Positions 33,947-44,291 of a stretch of 64,000 nucleotides of DNA are shown in pieces (position 1 is the first letter of the stretch; every line of letters starts with the position of its first letter). The stretch is from an uncultured Planctomycetaceae bacterium (GTDB lineage Bacteria > Planctomycetota > Planctomycetia > Planctomycetales > Planctomycetaceae). Below the pieces are notes generated by a model. It was not told the origin of the DNA. It was given only the letters and a program-made list of their open reading frames with translations, and ran no database searches. The position numbers and the translations under genes are program-made. The stretch is from the NCBI GenBank assembly GCA_963815195.1, contig CAWFGE010000012.1, positions 128,001-192,000 of the forward strand. The letters run 5' to 3'.

Positions 33947-34591
33947 GTGGCAGTCAAACTTTCCCAAGAACCGAGCCCGGCATTCGACCTTCCCAGCAAA
34001 GACTGTTGGGTCGTCAAGGTCGGCGGGAGTTTGTTGAATCACCCGCAGTTGACGAAACGGCTGCGGAAAGTCGTCCGCCGGGTCTCCCCAAAACCTTTGC
34101 TGGTCGTCGGCGGCGGGCCGGTCGCGGATGCCGTTCGCCAATGGGATCAAACCCATCCGCTTTCGGCGTCCGCCGCCCATGGGCTCGCCATTCGGGCGAT
34201 GGACTTCAACCGGCATTTGATCGAAACCTTGCTGCCTGAAGCGGCCGCGGTGGCCGATCCTCATTCAGCGGCCGCGGTTTGGGAGCAAGAGGGGATCGCG
34301 GTTCTTAAAGTCCGGGACTGGCTGCGGGCGGAGGAAGACCATGCGGAAACGTTGCCCCACTCCTGGGATGTGACGAGCGATTCGATCGCCGCCTGGGCCG
34401 CCATTCGCTGGCGGGCCGCGGGTTTGCTGCTGTTGAAATCGGTTGATCTTCCTCCGCATTCGCCGGAAGGGCGGTCCGCAGGCGAACCTGCTTTCGTGGA
34501 TCGATACTTTTCCCAGTTCGCATCACGGCTGCCGCGAATCGCGTGGTGCAATCTCGCCTCGCCCGGCGGCGAGATTGTGGATTGGAAGTGA
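33947..34591 (+). CDS. Amino-acid-kinase family protein (MfnE/Orf21-like, methanofuran pathway)
   Basis: VVKVGGSL, VGGGPVADAVR, LPHSWDVTSDSIAA, LLKSVD. Confidence 0.8.
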   Translation: MAVKLSQEPSPAFDLPSKDCWVVKVGGSLLNHPQLTKRLRKVVRRVSPKPLLVVGGGPVADAVRQWDQTHPLSASAAHGLAIRAMDFNRHLIETLLPEAAAVADPHSAAAVWEQEGIAVLKVRDWLRAEEDHAETLPHSWDVTSDSIAAWAAIRWRAAGLLLLKSVDLPPHSPEGRSAGEPAFVDRYFSQFASRLPRIAWCNLASPGGEIVDWK

Positions 34592-34602
34592 CCCCCCCAA
34601 CG

Positions 34603-34653
34603 AAAAAACGCCGCGTCCCGTGAGTGACTTTCACCCATCGGACGCGGCGTTTT
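34603..34653. terminator. Bidirectional intrinsic terminator
   Basis: aaaaaacgccgcgtcc...ggacgcggcgtttt between convergent genes. Confidence 0.75.
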
Positions 34654-34681
34654 GCATTTTGTGCCGTCGCCTCGTTTCTCG

Positions 34682-35146
34682 TTAATTGAAGAACGGGTTG
34701 GACAGGTTGGTGTTATAGATCGGTTGCAGCGGCCGAGCGGAACCGGTCACGAAACGCGAGTTGTTGCGGTAGCCATCATAGGGCCGATTGGCGGTGTAGC
34801 GGTTGAGATAGGACTGGGAATAGTTCGCGGCAGGATAGCGGGCCGCGGTCCCGAAGTCGTTTCGCGAAGTCCAGTTCGCGGGGTAATTGGTGCCCCGATA
34901 CGAGCCGTACCCGCCGGTCTGTCGGCATTGGCCGTTGGGGCAGTTGCCGGTGGAGCAGGCTCCGGTCGTGCAGCGGCCGTTCGCACAGTTGACGTTCGAG
35001 ACCCCCGCCGCGTAGCGGCCCGGCAAAGCCTGGGCCACGGGCAAGCGATATGCCGAGGCCCCGTACCAATCGGCGGCTTTCACAGCGGACTGGCCCATCA
35101 CACCCATCGCCAACATCGCTCCGCACAGCATCATGAAGTTTTTCAT
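34682..35146 (-). CDS. Secreted Tyr/Asn/Gly-rich protein with CxxGxC repeats
   Basis: Signal peptide MKNFMMLCGAMLAMG..AVKA; CANGRCTTGACSTGNCPNGQC; AAGGAAG upstream. Confidence 0.75.
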   Translation of the reverse strand: MKNFMMLCGAMLAMGVMGQSAVKAADWYGASAYRLPVAQALPGRYAAGVSNVNCANGRCTTGACSTGNCPNGQCRQTGGYGSYRGTNYPANWTSRNDFGTAARYPAANYSQSYLNRYTANRPYDGYRNNSRFVTGSARPLQPIYNTNLSNPFFN

Positions 35147-35249
35147 CTCTTCACTTCCTTTCGAGAAACTTTGAAACGGTTTTCACCTTTTGGCAGCGAT
35201 TCTTGGAAAATCATTTTGAATCATTCCGCCAAGACTGGTGTTGCGAATA

Positions 35250-35266
35250 TGCATCAATCGTGCCAA
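35250..35266 (-). promoter_or_regulatory. Putative sigma54 (-24/-12) promoter
   Basis: Minus strand TTGGCACGATTGATGCA: TGGCACG and GG-N10-GC spacing. Confidence 0.65.
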
Positions 35267-35588
35267 AGCCCTCACGAAAATGATTCGGAAAACAGACGGG
35301 TTATAAGAATTGCTCCAGCGATCCGCGTGTTTCCTAAAAGAATATAAGGCCTGGCTCTCGAAAACTGTTTTCAATTTGAATTGAACAACCTACAAATGAA
35401 TCAAAAGAACTCGAAACAGGGGATACTTAATATCAAAAGTATTGAAAACCTTGTCCCAATTCGGTTGTAGATTCGTGGAAAAAAATTCGGAAACCCAAAT
35501 CGGTCCGAAAGAGTGGTTTTTACTCAAACCTGTATGTTTAAGCGACTTACAAGAAATCCATGTATAAAAAATTTCTCTTGACACGCCT

Positions 35589-35605
35589 TTGGCACGCCCT
35601 CTGCA
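35589..35605 (+). promoter_or_regulatory. Putative sigma54 (-24/-12) promoter upstream of csrA
   Basis: TTGGCACGCCCTCTGCA: TGGCACG and GG-N10-GC spacing. Confidence 0.65.
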
Positions 35606-35719
35606 ATAGTCGCTGTCAACCTGAGTCAAACGGCCCGACGCAAAGTGCAACCGACCTGAGACTCATTCCTCCTCACCGGGCGGGTTATACCGCCTGCAAC
35701 GAAAAGAAAGGAATCGACC

Positions 35720-35971
35720 ATGCTCGTCCTCACCCGCAAACAATCGGAAATGATCCACATCGGCGACGACATCGTTGTCAAAGTGATTCGGACTGGCAAA
35801 AGCACGGTGAAAATCGGCATCGAAGCCCCCGCCCATGTGCGGGTATTGCGGGCGGAGCTGTGCGACGACGGCCCTCAGGTTCCCAAACCGAACCTGGTGG
35901 ACCTGCCCAGCCGCCTCGACCTGACCATGAAAACCGCCGTCTACTCCGACCAATACCCCCACGTCGTCTAA
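35720..35971 (+). CDS. csrA: Carbon storage regulator CsrA
   Basis: MLVLTRKQSEMIHIGDDI..VKIGIEAP..VLRAEL. Confidence 0.95.
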   Translation: MLVLTRKQSEMIHIGDDIVVKVIRTGKSTVKIGIEAPAHVRVLRAELCDDGPQVPKPNLVDLPSRLDLTMKTAVYSDQYPHVV

Positions 35972-36230
35972 GCCGCTCGCCGGTGATGTGGGAACCTGAC
36001 GAACGTTTTTTTCAGAACTCAAAACTCAACGAAGCAGAAACCAGAAGATTTAAGACTTAAAATCATCATCCTCAGGCCTTGGGCATCATTGGGGTTCTCA
36101 AGGGGAGGTTCGCAAGGGGGCGAAACTCGGGATGGTGTTCCTCGCAGTGACGGAGGAATCGGGACAAGCTTCCGCAGGGAGAAGGCGGGGCACCCGGTTT
36201 CGTGGCCGACACGCGAAAGGACGTGTAACG

Positions 36231-38354
36231 ATGTTGTCCTACACAACGCACCATGCAAAATGTGGGGGAAACCGTGGGGCCTCTTTGATCACAAAAGCGG
36301 GACTCGCTCTCGCGGCCTTGATGGCAACCCTGTTCTTGGGGAACGCGGCCAGCGCCCAAACCGGCGACTATTTCCGCAGCGACAACCTGGCCCCGGCTTA
36401 TCAAACCAACGGCTACGACCGGGGATATAACAACGACCTCCAGGGCAATTATTTCACCGACGACGACAACGGCTCGTTCAGCAATCAAAATTCCCGCGAC
36501 AATCGGGGTTGGCTGGCACCGCCGCGGAACGATCGGCCCGCGTACGGAGACTTTCAGGGGGACCGCTATTCGCCGGAACCGCCCCGCGATTCCCGCAATC
36601 GGGATCGGTTCAGCCTCAGCAGTTCCGGACGCCGCGGACGGTTAGGCGGCGGCCTCAATCAAAATGGCCGGACCGATTACCAAGCCCGGCGGGTTCCACT
36701 GCCGGATCTGAACGATCGCGGTCTGAACTCGAATCCGTACGATTTCCGCGACCGCGACAATTCCGATCCGTATGCCGCCCCGTATGCCGCCCCGTTGCCG
36801 CGGGATTACACCCCGCCCCAGCAGCCGCTGCCCAACAATCGGCTGAGCCCGAACAGTTCTCCGTGGCTTGACCAACGCGACTATGCTCCGCCTCGCCCGG
36901 CGATTCATCCGGCGGACGAGTTGTCGGAATCGGAGCAAATCCAGCAGCACCTGTCGGCCCGGTATGGGAACCCGGTGATCCAGCGGTTCATCTATAACAT
37001 TTCGCCTGAACAAACTTTGAACGCCTACCGCGAATCGATGCAACTGGTCGACGCCCGGGCTCTCAATCCGACTTCTTACGAAGCCCGGACGCAGCGGACC
37101 GCGAAGAACTTGATCGAAGGCCTGAGGAACCGCGAGTTTCTTGCGGCCAACCGGATTTCGCCCTCGCCGGCCCAGGTGCAAACTTTTGAGACGGCCATGA
37201 ATCAGCTCCTGCAAAGCCGCCCGGTGCAAAGCCAAAGCGACGCCGTGCAAATGATCTACGCGATGGCGAACCTGGCGTACAACGATGTGGGCATCCGCCC
37301 GACGAGCGTGGTGATGGAGTCCATCTTCGGAGCCACGGAAACTTTGGACAAATACTCGACCTTCCTTCCCGAAGACCCGACTCGCCAGCCGAGCGCGAGT
37401 GCTCTCGACGACAGCGTGGTGGGCATCGGGGTGGAGATCAAACCGAATGACCAAGGCGTCGAAGTCGTCAAAGCCTTGCCGGGCGGACCGGCTCAGGCGG
37501 CGGGACTTCAAGCCGGCGACATCATCACGGGCATCAACGGCCAATCGATTCGCGGTCAGAACCTGAACTACGCCGCCGACTTGATCACCGGTCCCGCCGG
37601 CAGTCCGATTTCGCTCAACATTGTGCGGAACGGCCGGCAACAGAGCCCGCTGAACCTGGTTCGCCGGGAAGTGAAGATTCTAAGCGTCAGCGAAGTCAAG
37701 ATGCTGGGGCAAAGGAACGATGTCGGGTACATCAAGCTCGACAAGTTCGCCCAGAACTCCAGCCAGGAAATGGACCAGGCGTTATGGAAGCTGTATCAAT
37801 CGGGCATGAAGTCGCTGGTGCTCGACCTGCGGGGCAACCCCGGCGGGCTCTTGACCACGGCGATTGAACTGTCCAACAAGTTTCTGCCCTCCGGGACGAT
37901 CGTCTCGACCCGCGGCCGGAACGCCCAGGACAACACGACCGAAACCGCCAACTCGACGCAGACTTGGAAAGTGCCTCTGGTGGTGTTGGTCGACGGAAAC
38001 AGTGCCAGTGCCAGCGAAATCTTCGCGGCCGCCATTCAAGAAAACGGGCGGGGCGTGATCGTGGGCCGGCACTCCTACGGCAAGGGCACCGTGCAAACGC
38101 ACTTCCCCTTGCGGTCGATCACCGGCAACTTGAAACTGACGACGGCGAAGTTTTATTCGCCCAAGGGCCGGGAAATGGCCGGGGCCGGCGTCCAACCGGA
38201 CGTGCTCGTGAACAATACCGCTTACCGCGGCGCGATCGGCACGGCCGGCACCTCGGACCAGGACATCCAAACGGCGGTCCAAGTCGCCGAAAGCGGCCGG
38301 GCCCAGAACGATCTGGCCTCGACCAGCCAACCCGCCCGTTCCTTCGGGCGGTAA
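36231..38354 (+). CDS. Carboxy-terminal processing protease (S41A, PDZ) with long low-complexity N-terminal extension
   Basis: GIGVEI PDZ, DLRGNPGGLL, SASASEI, SYGKG; signal peptide. Confidence 0.92.
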   Translation: MLSYTTHHAKCGGNRGASLITKAGLALAALMATLFLGNAASAQTGDYFRSDNLAPAYQTNGYDRGYNNDLQGNYFTDDDNGSFSNQNSRDNRGWLAPPRNDRPAYGDFQGDRYSPEPPRDSRNRDRFSLSSSGRRGRLGGGLNQNGRTDYQARRVPLPDLNDRGLNSNPYDFRDRDNSDPYAAPYAAPLPRDYTPPQQPLPNNRLSPNSSPWLDQRDYAPPRPAIHPADELSESEQIQQHLSARYGNPVIQRFIYNISPEQTLNAYRESMQLVDARALNPTSYEARTQRTAKNLIEGLRNREFLAANRISPSPAQVQTFETAMNQLLQSRPVQSQSDAVQMIYAMANLAYNDVGIRPTSVVMESIFGATETLDKYSTFLPEDPTRQPSASALDDSVVGIGVEIKPNDQGVEVVKALPGGPAQAAGLQAGDIITGINGQSIRGQNLNYAADLITGPAGSPISLNIVRNGRQQSPLNLVRREVKILSVSEVKMLGQRNDVGYIKLDKFAQNSSQEMDQALWKLYQSGMKSLVLDLRGNPGGLLTTAIELSNKFLPSGTIVSTRGRNAQDNTTETANSTQTWKVPLVVLVDGNSASASEIFAAAIQENGRGVIVGRHSYGKGTVQTHFPLRSITGNLKLTTAKFYSPKGREMAGAGVQPDVLVNNTAYRGAIGTAGTSDQDIQTAVQVAESGRAQNDLASTSQPARSFGR

Positions 38355-38399
38355 AAAATCAGGCGAGCGGTGTGGCTGACGCCCACCGCTCGCCTTTTT
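38353..38399. terminator. Intrinsic terminator, probably bidirectional
   Basis: aaaaa..aggcgagcggtg..caccgctcgccttttt. Confidence 0.8.
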
Positions 38400-38428
38400 G
38401 CGCCTTTTTGAGTTGCAAAATGCTTCCG

Positions 38429-41065
38429 TCAGTTCACGGAGCGGACTTCCAATTCCGCATCGAGGACCTGGCGGATTCGGCGTTGGGAATCCAAGAAGTG
38501 TGCCCGCGAGTAATCGTCGAGCTTGACCTTGTCATCCTTCAGCAGCGTGTCGATCTGACCGTCCAATGTGGAAAGGTGCATGCGGGCCAGGGTGCGGGCA
38601 TCTTCCGGAGCCCCGAATCCCGATACCACCAGCGACGCCAAATCCTTAAGCGCCATCCGCTGGAGTTGCCGGCGGAAGCTGGTCAGGTAAGGCTTGCGAG
38701 CCGTGTATTCGCCCGGCGCAGGTTTTTGCCATTCGGTGAAGATCCCATTCACCACCAACCGGAGATGCTCGGCCAGCGTGTAGGCGTCGGTTCCGTCCGC
38801 GACTTTCAGTTCGGTGTCGTGGAGGCGGGTCAGCGTCAGCCCGCTTAGAAGTTGGCTCAACAGCCGGGCTTGCATCATGCCCACGATGTCGTGGATCGGG
38901 TAATCGAGCCGGCTTAAGGAATCCATTCCCCAATGGCTCCACCGCGAGGCGGCCAGATGGTTGAGCAATTTGTGATCGTACTCCGGCGTGCCGAAGGCGG
39001 TTTCCGCGAGGAGCTTCATCGCGTCCCGCTGGTCTTTGGGATTCACGACTTCAAACGGGGCGCGCTGTTTGGGGTCGCCTTTGTGGTCCCGGTGGACGTG
39101 CACGCCGCCGGGAAATCTCGCGGCGAAGAACGCGGTCCGCCAATATTCGCTGAGCAACAACCCGAACGCCTGCCGGGCCCGCTGATAGCCGTCGCCGTCC
39201 TCGACCGAGCGCTCCAAAACTTTTTCCATTAGCTTTTCTGACATGGCCATTTGCTGGCGGGCGAAGTTGATGGGGCTTTGGCCCAGGTCGAAGCGGTTGG
39301 AGAGCGGATCGGAATCGTAGGAGCGGGTGTCCTCATCGGTTGAATAATCCAAGCCGTCTTCGCCGCCGCGGGCAGCGATCTTTTTGAGGTCCTCGTCGCT
39401 CGCGTCGGTCTTATAGCCGTATTCGATGGCCCAGTAGTCATAAGGGCCCAAGGTCGGCGAATAATACGGGCCTTGGCTTTCCTTCTTGGAAGCGATGTTG
39501 GGAGGCGAATAATCCATCACGCTCGCGATGGTCGCTTCTTCGGAATCGATGGGCAGCTTGTTGATCTCGTCGAGCGACTTCCAGGAACTGGCTTTGAAGT
39601 TGTGGCGGAGTCCGAGCGTGTGCCCGACCTCGTGCATGACGACTTCCTTGATCGCCTGGTGGATGAACTTGTCCGGCAGCTTGCCTTTGCCTTCGGTCGC
39701 GCCCTCGGCCATCAGCGCCGCGGCCGCATAGCCCATCTGCTGCTGCATGCCCACGCCCAGCGCGCAGCTTTTTACGAGCTGTTCCTGGCGGGACGCGAAG
39801 GGGTTTTCCGGCCGGGCGGGGAGGCCCTGCGGGATGTTGTTTTTGGCGGCTTCCACAAGCGACAAGGGTCCGCCACCCATCAATTGGGCCACGTCGCCTG
39901 GGGTGAAGGTTTCGTAATCGTGTTTCCAATAGCGGAGGAAGCTGGCATCGAAGATGATGTCCGCATCGAGGATTTCCCCGGTGAAGGGATTCACCCGCGA
40001 CGGCCCCATCGCAAAGCCGGCTTCCGCGGTGATCCAGCGGAACGTGTTATACCGGACATCTTCCGGGTCCCAGTCATCGTCGTCGCGCTGCTGGCGGACT
40101 TCGATGGCGTTGTCGAAACCGAGCTTGCGGAAGGCTTTGTTCCATTCCTCAATCCCCGCCCGGACATAAGGACGCAAATGGATCGGAACCGTCTTTTCCA
40201 GGTAGAACACGATCGGTTCTTTGGGCGGCGACAGCTTGGCTTTCGGGTCGGCTTTTTCCAGTTCCCAGCGGTTGATGTAGCGGATGAAATGCTCGTCTTC
40301 CTCGCTGGAGAAGTCTTTGAGGACGGTCATAAAATAGCCGACGCGGTCATCCGCCACGCGGGTTTTGTAGCCGTTTTCGGGGAGTTCGCTGATGCTGTAA
40401 TGCACATTGACCTGGACGCCCCGCGGGTCGGCGACGGTGTCGAAGCTCCGCGAGCCGGAATACACCGCGGCCACTTGCAGTTCGACATTGTGCGGAAACG
40501 CCTTGACCTTGGCCCAGGTGGAACGGTCGGAGGCGAAACGATACCCGATGGACTGCCCGATGCCTTGGTCGTCGCTCATGAAGATCGAGCTCATGTCCAC
40601 GAGATACCCGCCGCCTTCGCTCGAGAGAATCGGCAGGGCGTAGAGCACGCTGTCGCTGTAGGCTAAATGCACGGCCTCAGCTTCGGGCGTGCCCTTTTTG
40701 GCTTTGAACCGCACGTTCCGGCGGAGCACGTGCAGCTTGTCGCCGACTTTCTTGAACGACCACACGGCGTCATCGCCGAAGCCCCAACTCATGCCCCCCA
40801 GCACCTGCCCGCTGCTGATGCCCCGGGCGATCGAGGTGATCACGATGTAGTTCTTGCTGAGGTCGGCGGTTTTGATGTGCACCAGCAGTTTTTGATCTTT
40901 TTGATAGAGGGTGAACATCCCCTCGCTTTTTTTCATCTCTTTGGTGAGGGTTTCCAGCTTGGAGGCCGGTTTGTCCTGCCCGAAGACGGCCGGTCCTCGA
41001 GCGCTTCCCGCGCCCATTCCCAGGGCCAAAACTGCCGCCAGGCATCTTAAATTGACATTTCGCAT
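38429..41065 (-). CDS. Secreted zinc-dependent metalloprotease (EcxA-like; DUF5117/DUF4953)
   Basis: HEVGHTLGLRHNF zincin motif, SVMDY Met-turn, DDRVGYF. Confidence 0.92.
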   Translation of the reverse strand: MRNVNLRCLAAVLALGMGAGSARGPAVFGQDKPASKLETLTKEMKKSEGMFTLYQKDQKLLVHIKTADLSKNYIVITSIARGISSGQVLGGMSWGFGDDAVWSFKKVGDKLHVLRRNVRFKAKKGTPEAEAVHLAYSDSVLYALPILSSEGGGYLVDMSSIFMSDDQGIGQSIGYRFASDRSTWAKVKAFPHNVELQVAAVYSGSRSFDTVADPRGVQVNVHYSISELPENGYKTRVADDRVGYFMTVLKDFSSEEDEHFIRYINRWELEKADPKAKLSPPKEPIVFYLEKTVPIHLRPYVRAGIEEWNKAFRKLGFDNAIEVRQQRDDDDWDPEDVRYNTFRWITAEAGFAMGPSRVNPFTGEILDADIIFDASFLRYWKHDYETFTPGDVAQLMGGGPLSLVEAAKNNIPQGLPARPENPFASRQEQLVKSCALGVGMQQQMGYAAAALMAEGATEGKGKLPDKFIHQAIKEVVMHEVGHTLGLRHNFKASSWKSLDEINKLPIDSEEATIASVMDYSPPNIASKKESQGPYYSPTLGPYDYWAIEYGYKTDASDEDLKKIAARGGEDGLDYSTDEDTRSYDSDPLSNRFDLGQSPINFARQQMAMSEKLMEKVLERSVEDGDGYQRARQAFGLLLSEYWRTAFFAARFPGGVHVHRDHKGDPKQRAPFEVVNPKDQRDAMKLLAETAFGTPEYDHKLLNHLAASRWSHWGMDSLSRLDYPIHDIVGMMQARLLSQLLSGLTLTRLHDTELKVADGTDAYTLAEHLRLVVNGIFTEWQKPAPGEYTARKPYLTSFRRQLQRMALKDLASLVVSGFGAPEDARTLARMHLSTLDGQIDTLLKDDKVKLDDYSRAHFLDSQRRIRQVLDAELEVRSVN

Positions 41066-41235
41066 GCGGACACTCCCAAAAACTGGGTGGAGGAGAAAAT
41101 CGCTGTGAGGATCGTCCCGGAACCGGATGGCCGGTTGGGGAAGAAGCCTTAGATGAATTCTGGGTGAAGAATCGCCGGCGTCAAGGGGCCGACCCGGCGG
41201 AATTTGCCGATTTTGCGAATTGTATGAAAATACGA

Positions 41236-42133
41236 TCAGGTGTCGGAGTTGTCGACAAACACCACGAGGCAGGTGATATTATCGCGGGAGCCGCCGGCTT
41301 CGGCCGCGTCGACGATGGTCTTGGCGGTTTCCTGGGGATTGTCATTGGCGGAGAGAAGCTCTTGGAGCTTGGCATCGTCCACGCCGTCGGTCACGCCATC
41401 GGAGCACAGCAAAAACCGGTCTCCCGGCTTGGGGAAGATTTCGCGGGGGTCGGTGCCGGTCCCGCCTTCCTTGGTGCCCAAGTAGCGGTAAAGCACGTTT
41501 TTGTAGCGGTGGTTGGCGGCTTCTTCTTCGGTGAGGGTGCCGGCTTCTTTCGAGCGCCTGGGTCAACGAATGATCCCGCGTGAGCTGCTCGAAGTTGCCG
41601 TCGCGGAGGAAATACGCCCGGCTGTCGCCGACGCCTCCGACGTAAAACGTGTTCCCCACGCCCACCACGAACACGATCGTGGTGCCCATGTTGTGAAATT
41701 CCGGCTCCATTTTGCCGAGGGCCATGATTTCGGCGTTGGCGTAGGCCACGGCTTCGTCGATGGACTTGCGGACCGTTTCTCGGGCGTCGTTCTCGAAGTT
41801 GATCAGTTGTTCGAGCTTTTCGGGAACGAGTTCGGTCGCCAATTGGCTGGCTTTTTCGCCCGCGGACTGGCCGCCCATCCCGTCCGCGACGAGAAAGAAC
41901 CGCCCCTCGGGATCGACATACAAATTGTCCTCGTTGTTGGAGCGAAAATTGCCGGTAATAGTCACGTAGCCGCAGCGTGTACGCATCATAGTTTTCACCG
42001 CGTGGGTGTCGGAAGAAGGCAATGAATTATTGTCATCCGGCAATCCCGCTTCATCAACCTTTTTTCCGGTCCCGTTGGGAGAACGCCCGAAAAATCCGAG
42101 TTTTTTTAGGATCGAAGTAAATAAGTTCTCCAT
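41236..42133 (-). CDS. PP2C-family Ser/Thr protein phosphatase, frameshift at about 41550
   Basis: NNED, VADGMGG, MGTT, GDSRAY, LTRDHS; C-terminal LLCSDG and GGSRDNIT in second frame. Confidence 0.92.
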
Positions 42134-42273
42134 TACTGTATCTCAACACGAATCGGAAACGCAACACTGTCGGTCGTTTACGTGCTATTCGCCGCGGGGA
42201 CTTTATGTATTGTAACAACCCGGCGGGCCATGCGGGTTTCCCTGAACCGATCCGGCGGGTTTGTCAAACGATT

Positions 42274-42371
42274 TCGGCCCTGAAGGGATTTCCAGTCCTC
42301 TCATCGCGTTGTGCGGCGGTCATCGAACTCTTCGATTGTGAGGTTTATCGGCCCTGAAGGGATTTCCAGTC
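42274..42371. repeat. 24-bp direct repeat duplicating the last codons of the vWA gene
   Basis: tcggccctgaagggatttccagtc at 42274-42297 and 42348-42371. Confidence 0.85.
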
Positions 42372-44161
42372 GCCGACGACGAGAGCCAGCACCGCCGCCA
42401 GGCCCAAGAGAATCAGCCAGGAGTAGGGATTGTCGAGGCGGAACAATTCGCCGTCCTGGTCTTCCGGTTCGCGGCGGCCTGAGTTCAACGGCCCCAGGTT
42501 GGATTCGTCCTCGTCAAAAAAATTCACCGCGAACCGGTCCAGCACCGTCTCGCCGGCTTTGAGTTCATAAATCCCGGCCCGGTCGATGGATTGGATTTCC
42601 ACGCGGTCTTTCGCCCCCCGCACCAACGGCCGGGCCGCGCCGTTTCCGACCAGCAACAAATCCCGCGAGCGGACGTCTCGGGACGGACCCTCCGGGCGCG
42701 AAACTCTATGGTTTCGTTCAGGCGATAGTTCCACTGATGGAGTCCCGGCAAATCGTCGCGGCGGAGCTCGACGAGGTTGCTGAGCAAAATCGGCCAGTCT
42801 TCGCTGTCCTGAAGCTGCGAGCGTTCAAAATCGATGTTGAGCAAAAACCCCGTCGTGAACGTCCCCTCCAATTGAGCCAGAAGTGCGGTGCGGTCGCAAC
42901 TGATGAGCGGGGTGATCATATCCGGCGTGGCCTGCACGCCGCCCCAAATCAATGTCCCCGGCATCAGCCCGCGAACCAGCGGATGCCGGCGTTCGAGAAT
43001 GTAAGGCCCGCGGACGTCGATCGCTTTCTCCCGCGCCGCTTCCGACCGATCGATCGGACCGATGCCGAACCACCACAGATCCCGCTCGGAGCCCGGCAAC
43101 GGGTTCGCCGTCGCGATTTTCAAATCGGACTCGGCGGGCGGAACAATCTTCACGGCAGGCAGAATGCTCAACCCCTCTCGCACCACCTTGAGAGCCGGGC
43201 TCTCTTCGGGAAGCTCCACGGAAACCTTGACCTGCCGCGGTTGGGGTTCGATGAGCGTGACCGTGTTGTCCAGCTTCAATCCGTCCGCGGGGGCGGAAAT
43301 CTTCACCGTCAACAGGCCCGTGCCTTTTGGGATGTCGACTTCCAACGGTTCCTCGCCGCCGGCCGGCACGCGGACCGATCGATGAAAAACTTCCCGCTGT
43401 TTCGCCCGGCCTTCGACATCGACCAGAGTCGTCGCCCCACTGAAATTGGCAATCCGCAAATAGGCCCGGCTGGCATTTGTGGACGGATCGAGGGTCCATT
43501 CCGCGGTGGTGATGGCGACGTTCCGCAGCGCTTCGCCGACGGCGACGACTTCCAGCGGTCCGGGGATGTCTGCGGATTCGGGCGGAAGATGATCGGTCAG
43601 AAACAGCATCTCCCCCGACTTGTCCGCGAACTGAGCCGCCCGGTCCCACGCCGGTCCGAAGCGATGCTGGGGGAGGCTCGGCTGCCAATCGGCGAGGCGG
43701 GACTCCGCCACCGCCCAGGGCACCGCAGGCCCGGCCAACGTCTGCGGCAAAGGGCCGGAGAGAATCACGGTCACCCGGCTTCCGCCAGGCAGGTCGGCGG
43801 TGCGCTCGCGAAGTTTCTCGAACGCCAGATCGCGGAAGGATTTTCCATTCGGAGCCGCGGCCTGCATCGAAGCGGAATCATCCAAGACCACCACGAGATG
43901 CGTCGCGTTTCCTAAGATTCCCAATCGCGGCTGGCTCAATAGGAGAGACAAAAAAATCGCCGCCAAGAGTTCCAGAAACAGCGACGCCGAAAGCGGCAGC
44001 CGGTCCCATCGCCGGCCCATTGTCTGGACCTCGGTCTCGATGCCCCACAGGTGCGCCCCGGCGATGACCAAGGGCGGATAACGTCGATGGAAAAAGTGGA
44101 TCGCCAGAATCGCAGGCACCGCCAGCAACCCCAACAACCCCCACGGGTTGGCGAAATACAT
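42345..44161 (-). CDS. BatA/vWA domain membrane protein, frameshift at about 42700
   Basis: MYFANPWGLLGLLAVPAILAIHF BatA N-terminus; VVLDDSASM MIDAS; C-terminal TM in second frame. Confidence 0.88.
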
Positions 44162-44188
44162 TGGGTTTCAAATGATGAAAGGAGCAAA

Positions 44189-44257
44189 GAGCCGCGCACG
44201 AAGTAAGCGGTTTTCGGGGATTCAGACAACCAGGACCGCTTACTTCGTGCGCGGCTC
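44189..44257. repeat. REP doublet with perfect 23-bp inverted repeats
   Basis: gagccgcgcacgaagtaagcggt / accgcttacttcgtgcgcggctc. Confidence 0.9.
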
Positions 44258-44291
44258 AGGCTTTTTTGGAACGACTGAGTTTGAGTTTGTG

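Noticed and set aside
36110..36210. c-di-GMP-I riboswitch
   Set aside because: Lacks the GGCAAA..GAAA..CGCAAAG core; kept only as an unassigned structured leader
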